DNA of 64,000 nucleotides, taken from the IMG/VR virus record IMGVR_UViG_3300025603_000008; one strand, 5' to 3'. How positions within the stretch are numbered: position 1 is the stretch's first letter; every line of letters starts with the position of its first letter. The stretch comes from an uncultured virus (IMG/VR IMGVR_UViG_3300025603_000008). Taxonomy: Duplodnaviria; Heunggongvirae; Uroviricota; Caudoviricetes. A program made the position numbers and the translations under genes. Below the pieces are notes generated by a model. The model made no database searches and was not told the DNA's origin. It saw nothing but the letters and a program-made list of their open reading frames with translations. Positions 1-8,892 of the stretch are shown in pieces.

Positions 1-125
1 AATATATGCGTTTAAACCAAAAACATCAAGTCTTTATCAAAAACAATTGTTATATTTGCTGAATAAGGTCGCTTTCATCCCATCCACGCTGCGCGATGAA
101 TGGGTTTTACGCTCCGTCTTATAAA
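1..125 (-). mobile_element. End of an IS200/IS605-family-like element that extends beyond the window start
   Basis: 71-125 (GCTTTCATCCCATCCACGCT..GCGATGAATGGGTTTTACGCT-N7-ATAAA) closely matches 8824-8881; subterminal hairpin flanked by TTTAT on the minus strand. Confidence 0.6.
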
Positions 126-149
126 AACAAATTTAACAAAAAGTCAGCT

Positions 150-602
150 TCAAGCTGACTTTTTTGCTTCAGAAGTGTTGAAGTTTGTAAGTATTTGTCG
201 GTCAAATTTATCAAGAGAGTTAATTCCACCAATGTAAATTTTTTCAAGAACCTCGTCGCATTTAATGTGCTTGGAATAAAAGTCTGAAATGAAATCACTG
301 GGACTCAGTGTGTCATTGCTATAAACAAATTCACATAATCTTCCGCTTCTATATAGCTCTTTAAAGTTCTCGGTGAAGTCAACATCCTGCTGAACATTTA
401 CTTGGAATTCCAATAAAGTTTTTTTAAGTATTTCAAAGCACGACTCATTCATGATAGTGTACACACATTGAGCCCCATTTTCCTCTCTGACTATAATGTG
501 CTCGTAAAGCTCAATCCCTGACTTAGCTTTAAAGGTTTTTGTGAAATCCATTTGGACTTCATTATCACGATTGGGTGTTATGACTATTTTCCTTACCATC
601 AC
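150..602 (-). CDS. Hypothetical protein
   Basis: 150 aa ORF directly downstream of a GTAAC-N16-CGTATATT motif (607-635, minus). Confidence 0.6.
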   Translation of the reverse strand: MMVRKIVITPNRDNEVQMDFTKTFKAKSGIELYEHIIVREENGAQCVYTIMNESCFEILKKTLLEFQVNVQQDVDFTENFKELYRSGRLCEFVYSNDTLSPSDFISDFYSKHIKCDEVLEKIYIGGINSLDKFDRQILTNFNTSEAKKSA

Positions 603-606
603 TTAC

Positions 607-635
607 AATATACGCAGGAAATAAAGAAATGTTAC
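607..635 (-). promoter_or_regulatory. Class A bipartite promoter GWAAC-N16-CGTAYATT
   Basis: Minus strand reads GTAAC-atttctttatttcctg-CGTATATT; one of 11 copies with identical spacing. Confidence 0.75.
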
Positions 636-660
636 ATCTACGCATTCATAAATATCCCAG

Positions 661-668
661 CTATTTAT
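661..668 (+). promoter_or_regulatory. Class B (putative late) promoter CTATTTAT
   Basis: Motif 20 nt upstream of the endolysin ATG; recurs upstream of many genes on the coding strand. Confidence 0.65.
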
Positions 669-688
669 AAACCAACAACACTAATGGC

Positions 689-1600
689 ATGATTTTAAAG
701 GTAGGAGATAGAGGTCAGAAAGTAATAGAAGTGCAAAAAATGCTGTCGGTTCTAGGTTACGACTTGGTTATAGATGGCGATTATGGTGCAAAAACGCAAC
801 GTTCAGTAAAAGCTTTTCAAAAGAAAATTGGATTGATGAATGACGGTGTAGTTGGTCAGTCAACTGCAGACGCTTTAAAAGCACATGCATCAAGAAAAAG
901 AACATGGAAGCCATCAGTGACTAATGAAGCTTCAAAACAAGAATATCCAATGCCAGTAGATAAAAGTCACAGACTGTCTACGGGGCAATACATCAAGCAA
1001 ACTACGTCAAAAACTCAAATCTTTCTTCATTTTACAGCTGGAGGGCCAAGTGCGAAAAACGTAATAGATTATTGGGATTCTAATGAGCCTAGAGTTGCAA
1101 CGCCATTTGTCATAGATGGCGACGGTGATGTGTTTGAATGCTTCAATCCAGACTACTGGAGCTATCACTTAGGCATAAAAGGCACTAAGGGCAGGTTAGA
1201 TAAATCATCATTTGGAATTGAAATCTGCAATTATGGGCCCTTAAAGTTAAAAGATGGAAAATACTACGCTTGGCCAAAAGATTACTCTACAAAAGTAATA
1301 CCTAAAGATGAAGTTTACAGCCTACCTAGAGGGTTTAGAGGTTTTCAATATTACCAATCATTTACTGATGGGCAAATCAATGCCACAGAAAAACTTTGTG
1401 AGCATTTAATTGAGAAATATAATATCGAAATCCAATACGAGTTTGACTATTCTTGGTTTGACTATGATAGCGAAGTTATTCGACAAACTCTTCCTGGAAT
1501 TTGGTCACACTCCACAGTTAGAAAAGATAAACTTGACTTGTATCCAGACCACAGAATTCTAGAGATGCTTAATCGATTAGCAACAAAGTATGGAAAATAA
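689..1600 (+). CDS. Endolysin: N-terminal peptidoglycan-binding domain plus N-acetylmuramoyl-L-alanine amidase (Amidase_2-like)
   Basis: LKVGDRG..V..VQ..L..LGY..DGDYGAKT..VKAFQ..GL..DGVVG (PG_binding_1); IFLHFTAG, GIEIC, WSHS..RKDK.D zinc amidase motifs. Confidence 0.9.
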   Translation: MILKVGDRGQKVIEVQKMLSVLGYDLVIDGDYGAKTQRSVKAFQKKIGLMNDGVVGQSTADALKAHASRKRTWKPSVTNEASKQEYPMPVDKSHRLSTGQYIKQTTSKTQIFLHFTAGGPSAKNVIDYWDSNEPRVATPFVIDGDGDVFECFNPDYWSYHLGIKGTKGRLDKSSFGIEICNYGPLKLKDGKYYAWPKDYSTKVIPKDEVYSLPRGFRGFQYYQSFTDGQINATEKLCEHLIEKYNIEIQYEFDYSWFDYDSEVIRQTLPGIWSHSTVRKDKLDLYPDHRILEMLNRLATKYGK

Positions 1601-2498
1601 AACATATCCAGTAGAGATACTTTTTAAATATCTGACAAGGGATGAAACTGCTGCGGATATAGCTAAGGAAGTTGGTGTTGACTTAAGTGTTGATAAGTCG
1701 TGGTTTGTACGAACGTATAAAGCTACTGTAGAATTATTTACTCAGTCAGGCCCTGATTTAAAGCTAAAATTTTCATCTGGCCTCAGGAGGGAAGAGATGC
1801 AGAGCTTAATCTCCACCTTTATTAGCGTTATTACTGCTAGTAAGAAAAAGTTTGACGCAGCAAAGTCTACTCCAGGGAAGAAGATGTATGCCATTAACAA
1901 TCAGGGCGACGCGCAAACTCTTGATGCGTTTAGTATGAATGAAACAGAGGATTGGGACTCTGAACAAAAGGAAGACTTTTCAAACAAGCTTTACGAAGAA
2001 GGTGTAATTACCAGAGTTCATCTTGCTTGGATTGAAGAGTACCCAGATAAAGGAACGAATCAATTTGAGCCAGCTTTGAAGATGGCTCTGGATATTCTTA
2101 TAGAACAGGTTCCAAAACAATATAACGGACCTTTAATGCCTTCTGACATAAAAGAAATTGAAGACTTTTTAAAAGAGCTTGTTCTTTCCTTTGAGCCAGC
2201 AAAATCTATTTTTAATTCAACAGGAAAATCTCAAAAAAACAAGTCAAACAAAGAAGTTGGATACGTTGACCCACAACCATTTGAAAAAGGCTCTTACAGC
2301 ACTGTCGGCTTAAACGAATCAGTTGATGCGTGGACAGAGGCCAAGCTTAGAAAGTTTGTCAAAAAAGAATTTGAAACACAAACAAAAAAAGGTGAATACA
2401 TGTCCAAGAAAGAAGTTAAGGACATGATTCGCAAGACGATTGTGCTACAGTATAAGTATTTATGGGAGAAGAGCGCGTTCTTCATAAACCAGATTTAA
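1590..2498 (+). CDS. Hypothetical protein (possible virion protein)
   Basis: 302 aa ORF overlapping the endolysin stop; C-terminal LNES..LRKFVKKEFE motif. Confidence 0.7.
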   Translation: MENKTYPVEILFKYLTRDETAADIAKEVGVDLSVDKSWFVRTYKATVELFTQSGPDLKLKFSSGLRREEMQSLISTFISVITASKKKFDAAKSTPGKKMYAINNQGDAQTLDAFSMNETEDWDSEQKEDFSNKLYEEGVITRVHLAWIEEYPDKGTNQFEPALKMALDILIEQVPKQYNGPLMPSDIKEIEDFLKELVLSFEPAKSIFNSTGKSQKNKSNKEVGYVDPQPFEKGSYSTVGLNESVDAWTEAKLRKFVKKEFETQTKKGEYMSKKEVKDMIRKTIVLQYKYLWEKSAFFINQI

Positions 2499-2499
2499 T

Positions 2500-3189
2500 A
2501 TGAACAAAGAAGATTTGAAAGATTTAATCAGAAAAGAGGTGTGGTCAGCAGCAGCATCCAAGCTAAAGCAAGAAAAAGCAGCAGCAGCCAATAAGCCTCA
2601 AGCTGATTTGCCTCCAAAGATGGACGACAGAGAATTTGAAAATATCTTGTTTAATGGCGGCTATGAAGACACGGGGTTCAACAAAATATATGGCCTAGCT
2701 GAGGGAGCAATTCCACAGATAGATGCTGGTGAAATAAATGAATTTGAAAGAAAGTTTGCCGAGACGCTTTCAAAATATCCAAACACAACTGTCACATTCG
2801 ATGAGCAGGGCAAGAACAGAAAAAGCATGTCATTCACGCAAAACCCAAAAGGGATTGCTGTAACTGCATCTGGATATATTCAAATTGGAAATGAAGGAAA
2901 TATGCGATGGATGTTTTCCATTCCCAATGGGCTAAGGATTGAAACAGAAGGGGTTGAGCTGACCCAGGAAAACAAAGAATTGTTCCCTGAGATTTACAAT
3001 TTCTACAACGAATGGCAAAAAGAATGGAGACAAAAACTTACTGGAAACGAGGAAGCCCCAGAAGACTTTGCCGATGATATGCTTCCTGGCCAAGAACAGC
3101 CAGGAATGGTTCCTGGATTAAGCTCTGCTCCTGGAGAAGCGCCTGGAGCGGTTGCAGGTGGAGGAGCTGGTGGAGCAGCAGCTGTTTAA
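2500..3189 (+). CDS. Hypothetical protein
   Basis: 229 aa; N-terminal KEDLKDLIRKEV; Gly/Ala/Pro-rich tail. Confidence 0.7.
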   Translation: MNKEDLKDLIRKEVWSAAASKLKQEKAAAANKPQADLPPKMDDREFENILFNGGYEDTGFNKIYGLAEGAIPQIDAGEINEFERKFAETLSKYPNTTVTFDEQGKNRKSMSFTQNPKGIAVTASGYIQIGNEGNMRWMFSIPNGLRIETEGVELTQENKELFPEIYNFYNEWQKEWRQKLTGNEEAPEDFADDMLPGQEQPGMVPGLSSAPGEAPGAVAGGGAGGAAAV

Positions 3190-3225
3190 GCTTTAAAATA
3201 GTTCCTTGAAAAACTATCATTAAGT

Positions 3226-3552
3226 GTGAATCATACCATTAAGCAAATCCTTATAAACCAAGACAAGTTTAAAACTGAAATTGTCACGTGGCTTAAAAGA
3301 GATTTTAAAGAGCAGAAAAAAGAACTTTCTGAGATAAAAGTGGATAACGACAAAGAAATTGCTAAATCAATAAAATCTTTGAAGAAGAAATTTAAAAACC
3401 TCAGCGTTAATTCTCTTATAGACTCTTTGCTATTTAGAGGCGGCTCAAAAAGAAGCAAATCATACTACGCTTGGTGGAGTGAAACACTAGACACAGTAAT
3501 CATTTACACTTATGGCAAAAAAACAACCAATAGAAGCATTAGTCGACCTTGA
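3226..3552 (+). CDS. Hypothetical protein
   Basis: 108 aa ORF in a co-directional run. Confidence 0.5.
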   Translation: MNHTIKQILINQDKFKTEIVTWLKRDFKEQKKELSEIKVDNDKEIAKSIKSLKKKFKNLSVNSLIDSLLFRGGSKRSKSYYAWWSETLDTVIIYTYGKKTTNRSISRP

Positions 3553-3901
3553 GTTCGATGGAAGCACTAATAAGTTTGAGGAGTTCTATGGAGACTCCGT
3601 TACTTACCAACAAGTAGAACAAGAAAGTTACATTGAGTTCAAAATAATGATGAACGATTTTGTTGGAAAAGTGAAATTCAGGAAATCTAGAGAAATATCT
3701 CGACCCAGCTCTCTCACTTGTCGTCTAACAATGAGCGACGTCCAATATTCACTATTTGAAGCTATTTACAAGGGAGAGAGTATTGACGAAGAAGAATCTA
3801 CGGAAGATAAAATAGTATATCACCGTTTTTTCTTTCTACATGATTTCAAAATTTGCAACATTCGCCTCCATGACGAAAACAACCCAGAACTACCTAGATA
3901 A
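3512..3901 (+). CDS. Hypothetical protein
   Basis: 129 aa ORF whose stop overlaps the next start. Confidence 0.6.
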   Translation: MAKKQPIEALVDLEFDGSTNKFEEFYGDSVTYQQVEQESYIEFKIMMNDFVGKVKFRKSREISRPSSLTCRLTMSDVQYSLFEAIYKGESIDEEESTEDKIVYHRFFFLHDFKICNIRLHDENNPELPR

Positions 3902-4839
3902 TGAATCAGCAGAATCATCAAACCTTACAAGACGAAAGATATAACAGACTCCAGACATTGGGGTACAAAGGACCTGTGGGAGGAGGTCTTACTGAGGGGG
4001 ATGTAAATGGGAACGCACATTCACCAGCCGTTAGAAGACAATATGGCGATGTCCTTAGTGGACAGTTTCGTCAAAAGTACCAGGAAATGTTTTCAAAAAA
4101 GTCTAAAACAGGACCATCTGGATTCAATCCTATTCCAGTAAAACCCCACAACGGAGCCCCAGTAGACGAAGACAAAAAAGTTTCGGTTGCTGATTTTTCA
4201 TCAGGAGTGGATAGAAGTAATGACTCAGAGTTGAGCGCTATCGATAAAATGTTTGACCCAGACTACGGTAGCGGTGGTGGTGCAAGGCTTTCAATGAGCC
4301 CAAGAGGAGAAATTGGAGCTAATCTTGACAATTATGGCCCAAATTGGAACGCAATGAATGTTTCCAATCAATTACAGAACAGATTGCAACAAAAACAAAC
4401 TGAGATGGAGCAGCCGCTTACTCAGTCGCCTGTTCAACAACAACCAGCTAAATCAAATGCTCTCTCATATAGAGATTTCGCTAGCGATAAACAAGGGTTT
4501 GCTTCAGAAGTTTCTCCAGTTGCAGAATCTACTCCAGAGGTGCGTAAGGACTATAAAGCGCACCAGAATTATATGTATCACATGAATGAAGCTATTATTC
4601 GTGAGATTGCTGAAGAAATTGCATCAAAAACTGTAAAATCAGTACTTGCTGAGCACATCAAGACTGAACGCAGTAAATATGTGTTTGAAAGAGTAACATT
4701 CAAGAAAAAAGATGGAACACTTGTTGAGCTGCTAAAGAAAGACGACAAATATTTCGAACTCACAACAATTGAGACAGCCAAAGGAAATTTTACAGCTCTA
4801 AAAGAACGTAAAGTTAGTCCTAAAAAACGAAAATATTAA
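3901..4839 (+). CDS. Hypothetical protein
   Basis: 312 aa ORF; low-complexity N-terminus; NEAIIREIAEE motif. Confidence 0.7.
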   Translation: MNQQNHQTLQDERYNRLQTLGYKGPVGGGLTEGDVNGNAHSPAVRRQYGDVLSGQFRQKYQEMFSKKSKTGPSGFNPIPVKPHNGAPVDEDKKVSVADFSSGVDRSNDSELSAIDKMFDPDYGSGGGARLSMSPRGEIGANLDNYGPNWNAMNVSNQLQNRLQQKQTEMEQPLTQSPVQQQPAKSNALSYRDFASDKQGFASEVSPVAESTPEVRKDYKAHQNYMYHMNEAIIREIAEEIASKTVKSVLAEHIKTERSKYVFERVTFKKKDGTLVELLKKDDKYFELTTIETAKGNFTALKERKVSPKKRKY

Positions 4840-5027
4840 CTACGCATTTTTCTAGTAAGCGTTCTAAGAAGGTCTAAAGCTTCATCATAACCCTCAGAAT
4901 CAGAGTTATATATTCCTAGATTTCCAAGAAGCCAGCGAATATTAGAGATGAAATTAAGGTCTTTGCGCTCATTTGGGATGTACATCTCCATCAAGAGTTC
5001 GTCAAGTCTCAGTTTCATCTCGTTCAT
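4836..5027 (-). CDS. Hypothetical protein
   Basis: 63 aa ORF downstream of infC. Confidence 0.5.
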   Translation of the reverse strand: MNEMKLRLDELLMEMYIPNERKDLNFISNIRWLLGNLGIYNSDSEGYDEALDLLRTLTRKMRS

Positions 5028-5037
5028 CGGCAGTTTC

Positions 5038-5604
5038 TTATTTTTGTTTAGGCTTGGGCTTAATATCCACTTTTAGTCTTTTTCCTTCGAACTTAGGTAA
5101 CGCTAACGGTATCCCATAGCTTTCAAGGGAGGACGCAAACTCTAGCATTAGCTTTTGGCCAATTTCTTTATTTGCAATCATTCTGCCACGGAAAAACATG
5201 CTTAGACGGACAATGTTTCCATCCTCCAGGAAGCTGATTGCATGAGCGCGTTTAAAGTCTAAGTCACCTGGACCAGTTGTTGGCCCTAAACGAATCTCTT
5301 TTGTTTCAACTTTTGCTATTCGCTGCTTAGCTTCTTGCTCTCGCGCCTTCTTTTTGATTTCATATTTAAATTTACCAAGCTCTATAATTCTACATACAGG
5401 AGGCTTTGCGTTTGGGGAAATCTCTATTAAATCAAGCTCAAGACTTGCCGCTATGTTTTTAGCTTCTTCGGTCTTATACACTTCTCCTGATACAAACTTG
5501 TCACTATCACCTGTTAACCGTACCTCTAGTACTTTAATCTGATGGTTGACTCTGTGTGTGAATTTATCCTGTCTCTTAGGTTGGGCTTTTTTGCCTCGTC
5601 GCAT
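5038..5604 (-). CDS. infC: Translation initiation factor IF-3
   Basis: VN..I...EVRL, LDLIEISPNAKPPVCRII.LGKFKYE, KEIRLGP..G..DL.FK, FL..G..V.L..FFRGR motifs. Confidence 0.95.
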   Translation of the reverse strand: MRRGKKAQPKRQDKFTHRVNHQIKVLEVRLTGDSDKFVSGEVYKTEEAKNIAASLELDLIEISPNAKPPVCRIIELGKFKYEIKKKAREQEAKQRIAKVETKEIRLGPTTGPGDLDFKRAHAISFLEDGNIVRLSMFFRGRMIANKEIGQKLMLEFASSLESYGIPLALPKFEGKRLKVDIKPKPKQK

Positions 5605-5637
5605 ATTGGTGTATTGAATTTGTTATAAATATGGCTG

Positions 5638-7359
5638 TTAATTCGGAAGTATACCTTTTTTTCGAGAATCTTTTTTATTTCCCGTAGGCAAGGCCGTCTC
5701 ATTACCATTATCGTAAATTACTGGATTTTTTAAATTAAACTCTAACTCTTCTTGTTTGTCGGACACTTGAATGTCTAAGTTAATGTTGTCAAAATAGACA
5801 GCCGATTCTGTTTCCGATTCAGAAGGCATAACTCCTACAACTACTGAATCCTGTCTTTCGCTTAAAAAAACCTCTTGGAAACTTACTCCATCAACAGTGG
5901 TGATTTTATCCTGACCTTCAAAAAGTAAATAGAACATCCCACTTTCAGCATCCTGCCTAATTCTTTGTATGACATGCAAAGCTAAATCTTTTTCAATGTC
6001 CTCAGATAATATAGCATCATGCATATTTCTAGTTAACTTGCCTCGGTAATCGCGCAGTGCTGAACCTATAGTCTCCCCATTTCCGACAGTATTATAGTTT
6101 TCAACGTTAACCATACAGACGGCCTTAATCATGCCTGAGGAAGCTTGCATGCCCATTATGTATGTTGGCTCCCCATTAACATTATATGTTTTAGGAAAAG
6201 TGGCTTTATAGCCAAGGTCAGCATACATATCATTAGCACTCTTCATTGCAGCGTCTTCGGTGGCTCCTGCTTTTTTGTAAAAAATGGTTTTCTTAGTTTT
6301 TGTGTTAACTTCAATAAATCCAATAGTAGCATCGTCTTTCCCAACAGAAGTTACACCTGTATAATAGTAGCAATCTCCATCGTTTCCGTAAACAACACTC
6401 ATGTCATTTGTGATTTTCTTTCTGTTTTTATCATCCCAATTAATGTAACCCATTGCTAAAGAACCCCAGTCGACCAGTTGTTCATGGATTATATGAGATG
6501 GCTGGACCCTGTCCACCCAATCAGGAGCCTCTTTAGTGGTGTACTGTTCTATTTCCCCAGTTTCAGCGTCTACAACTAAACATCCAGAAACCTCTTTCCC
6601 TGACATACCAATAGTTCTGTCATACATAGTCACAACCCAATATGGCTTTCCCATGTCGTCAATTTCAAACTGATAATCTGTCAAATAAGTTGTCGAATAC
6701 CCGCTCAACCACAGGTGCCTTTCCAAGTTCTGGTCAAAACAAGCCTTTGGTTGATACACAATGTTGTACGTGTCTATGTATTGAATATCTTTCTCATCAA
6801 CAGCATTCACCATTACATATCCTGGTGTGCCTTGTTTGTTGCTACGCCATTTCCAATAGCTTGTGTGAAGCGTTGGAGCGACATAGTAAATCCCTTGATT
6901 AACCTCCTGGAGAACGTACTCACCAATCTCAACTTGAGACCCAACTACGTTTTCAGTGGTATCTTCTGGGTCTACAAGAGACTTCTGGCCGAGTAATAAA
7001 GCAGTTGATGGCGGTATAACAAATATCTTTGACTGGTCAATTGGAGCCACCTCATCTGAATATACTTTATATTCCACTACCCCAATTAAATCTCGATATT
7101 TTTCGTCATTTAACCATCGATTCCCCCCTATCGACTGTAAAAGAAGCACAGTTATTGTTAAAACACTAATTATTACCCCTACCCAAGTGAAAGGTGTGGC
7201 TTTGCTTTTAGACCAATTTATCCCTAATACTGTGACACAAATTCCCCAAAACAAAAATGTAAGCCACATGTTGGGGTTGTCCATTTTCCAAGTTGGAAGT
7301 CCAAAATAAACACAGAAGTAAACAATACCTCCAAGTAGAATAGTCTTAACTATATTCAT
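5638..7359 (-). CDS. Membrane-anchored hypothetical protein
   Basis: 573 aa; three N-terminal hydrophobic helices followed by a large soluble region. Confidence 0.75.
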   Translation of the reverse strand: MNIVKTILLGGIVYFCVYFGLPTWKMDNPNMWLTFLFWGICVTVLGINWSKSKATPFTWVGVIISVLTITVLLLQSIGGNRWLNDEKYRDLIGVVEYKVYSDEVAPIDQSKIFVIPPSTALLLGQKSLVDPEDTTENVVGSQVEIGEYVLQEVNQGIYYVAPTLHTSYWKWRSNKQGTPGYVMVNAVDEKDIQYIDTYNIVYQPKACFDQNLERHLWLSGYSTTYLTDYQFEIDDMGKPYWVVTMYDRTIGMSGKEVSGCLVVDAETGEIEQYTTKEAPDWVDRVQPSHIIHEQLVDWGSLAMGYINWDDKNRKKITNDMSVVYGNDGDCYYYTGVTSVGKDDATIGFIEVNTKTKKTIFYKKAGATEDAAMKSANDMYADLGYKATFPKTYNVNGEPTYIMGMQASSGMIKAVCMVNVENYNTVGNGETIGSALRDYRGKLTRNMHDAILSEDIEKDLALHVIQRIRQDAESGMFYLLFEGQDKITTVDGVSFQEVFLSERQDSVVVGVMPSESETESAVYFDNINLDIQVSDKQEELEFNLKNPVIYDNGNETALPTGNKKDSRKKGILPN

Positions 7360-7383
7360 ATGCTTTTTGAGTTATATTTTTTT

Positions 7384-7462
7384 TAGTAGCGTGTGCTGAA
7401 TCGAACAGCAGCAGGGGTATCCCCCAAAGACTTAATGAGAGTCTTACTTCCACATCACGCTA
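7384..7462 (-). tRNA. Atypical tRNA-like gene, anticodon CAT, no D-stem, long variable arm
   Basis: Acceptor TAGCGTG/CACGCTA; T-arm TGCTG-TTCGATT-CAGCA; anticodon arm AAGACT-CTCATTA-AGTCTT; variable GGGG-GATA-CCCC; no encoded CCA. Confidence 0.65.
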
Positions 7463-7471
7463 TTTACTTCT

Positions 7472-7500
7472 AATATACGGAGGTTGTCTATAAAAGTTTC
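7472..7500 (-). promoter_or_regulatory. Class A promoter upstream of the tRNA-like gene
   Basis: GAAAC-N16-CGTATATT on the minus strand, 10 nt before the tRNA-like 5' end. Confidence 0.75.
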
Positions 7501-7567
7501 GTAAAAATTGAATTTGTTGTTTTCCTTGCTATTTATGAGGGAATTCTAGCAAACAAAACGAATACAC

Positions 7568-8257
7568 ATGTCTAAGCAAATCAGAAAAGAAGACCTCGTA
7601 AGATACATCCACGGACAAGCTCAAAGGCTAATCGAGGCTGACGAGATAAAAGCAGCAGGCAATCCAACTGATGTTGTTATGAACAAGATGGTTGGTGGAG
7701 CAAGCGCAAATCCAGAAGCCAAAGTTAAGAACATTGGTGGAAACGAGGAAACTAAATCAGCGAAAGTTGCTGCCAAAGACCCTATGAACGTTGCCATGAA
7801 TACAATGGACAAAGAGGCTGGCTGTGACGGAGCGGCGTCTACTGCGGTTAAAGTTAACGCAGGTGGAGACCTTTCAAGTGACCAATCGGCCACAGCTGGT
7901 CAAAAAACTGCAAACTTTGATTCAAAAAAATCAAACCCTACCAAAGAGAAAGGTGAACCATTTGATAAAGATGGCGAAGCAAAAATGAACTCTATGGACA
8001 AGGAAGTTGACGAAGGGACAAAAACTTTTGTCGGTGCAAAAGGAAATCTAAGCTCAGACCAGGCAACAAATGTCGGGATGAACGGAGCAGATGTTCACGA
8101 AGATGCACAAAATGAAGCAGTTCCAGAAGCTATAGCTAAAGCAATTGAGATGCCGAAAGAAGGGTTTACCTTCAAGAATAGAAATGAATTGCTAGAATGG
8201 ACTAAAATCCAGGCTGAGAAAGTTGCGACTCTAATGGAGTCTAAAAAAAAAGATTAA
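7568..8257 (+). CDS. Hypothetical protein, probably extended to 8508 by a -1 frameshift
   Basis: 229 aa with internal repeats (MNxMDKE, GxLSSDQ); CTATTTAT at 7529; ends TCT AAA AAA AAA GAT TAA. Confidence 0.75.
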   Translation: MSKQIRKEDLVRYIHGQAQRLIEADEIKAAGNPTDVVMNKMVGGASANPEAKVKNIGGNEETKSAKVAAKDPMNVAMNTMDKEAGCDGAASTAVKVNAGGDLSSDQSATAGQKTANFDSKKSNPTKEKGEPFDKDGEAKMNSMDKEVDEGTKTFVGAKGNLSSDQATNVGMNGADVHEDAQNEAVPEAIAKAIEMPKEGFTFKNRNELLEWTKIQAEKVATLMESKKKD

Positions 8258-8508
8258 GTGAAGGCACACTTGGAGCAGGTGAACAGGCTTTACATGCCAG
8301 CCAAGAAGGCGAGAGCGCTTTTAAAGAATACCTTGACACGCTTGAGTGGGAAGAGCGTTCAAATCCATCTGTTCTGATAGACATTGGAAAAGGATTCACA
8401 CGTGGCGTTAATGCTGCTTTAGAGTCAAATCTCACAGATTTAGCACCAAACGCAGGAGCAGCGCCTGATGAGATTGCTGGAATCAACTTTGAACAGCCAG
8501 GCTTCTAA
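8251..8508 (+). CDS. Startless 85-codon frame (RLSEGTLGAG...EQPGF), putative frameshift extension
   Basis: Open from the A9 run to TAA 8506-8508; bounded upstream by TAA 8242-8244; no in-frame ATG/GTG/TTG. Confidence 0.6.
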   Translation, partial: RLSEGTLGAGEQALHASQEGESAFKEYLDTLEWEERSNPSVLIDIGKGFTRGVNAALESNLTDLAPNAGAAPDEIAGINFEQPGF

Positions 8509-8528
8509 ACACCAATAAAATATAAAAC

Positions 8529-8563
8529 AAAAAAGAGACTAATTTAAGTCTCTTTTTTGTTTT
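8529..8563 (+). terminator. Intrinsic terminator
   Basis: AAAAAAGAGACT-aattta-AGTCTCTTTTTT then T-rich. Confidence 0.7.
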
Positions 8564-8586
8564 ATTGAAGTAACTGATTATATTCT

Positions 8587-8876
8587 GTGAACTACCCATC
8601 CACAGCAAGCTGATGGAAGGGCTTCTAAAAAAAATATAAATGCAAAGAGCAGATACATATTCAGAATTTACAGCGTTTCGTAGACTTGCCCAATGGCAAC
8701 GCCTCACCGCCTTTTTGTTTATCCTGCGAAGTTGGTCCCCAACCCACAGCTTAATATTTTGTTTCGCTTATGATTTTATGCAAACAACGAAAAAGAACTT
8801 ATTTGTAAATATATAAAAAAAACGCTTACATCTCACCCACGCTAAAAAGCGATGAGTGAGTTTTACGCTAAATCAT
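8587..8876 (-). mobile_element. Non-autonomous IS200/IS605-like mini-element (~290 bp), possibly retaining an omega-RNA-like 3' region
   Basis: Related subterminal hairpins at both ends (CCCATCCAC..GATGGAAGGG; TCTCACCCAC..GATGAGTGAG); minus-strand end GTAGTTCAC; TTTAT flank at 8877-8881; no tnpA/tnpB ORF. Confidence 0.6.
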
Positions 8877-8892
8877 ATAAAATTAAGTTACA

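Noticed and set aside
8640..8816. 58-codon + strand ORF inside the mini-element
   Set aside because: No recognisable features; better explained as the antisense of IS-derived sequence
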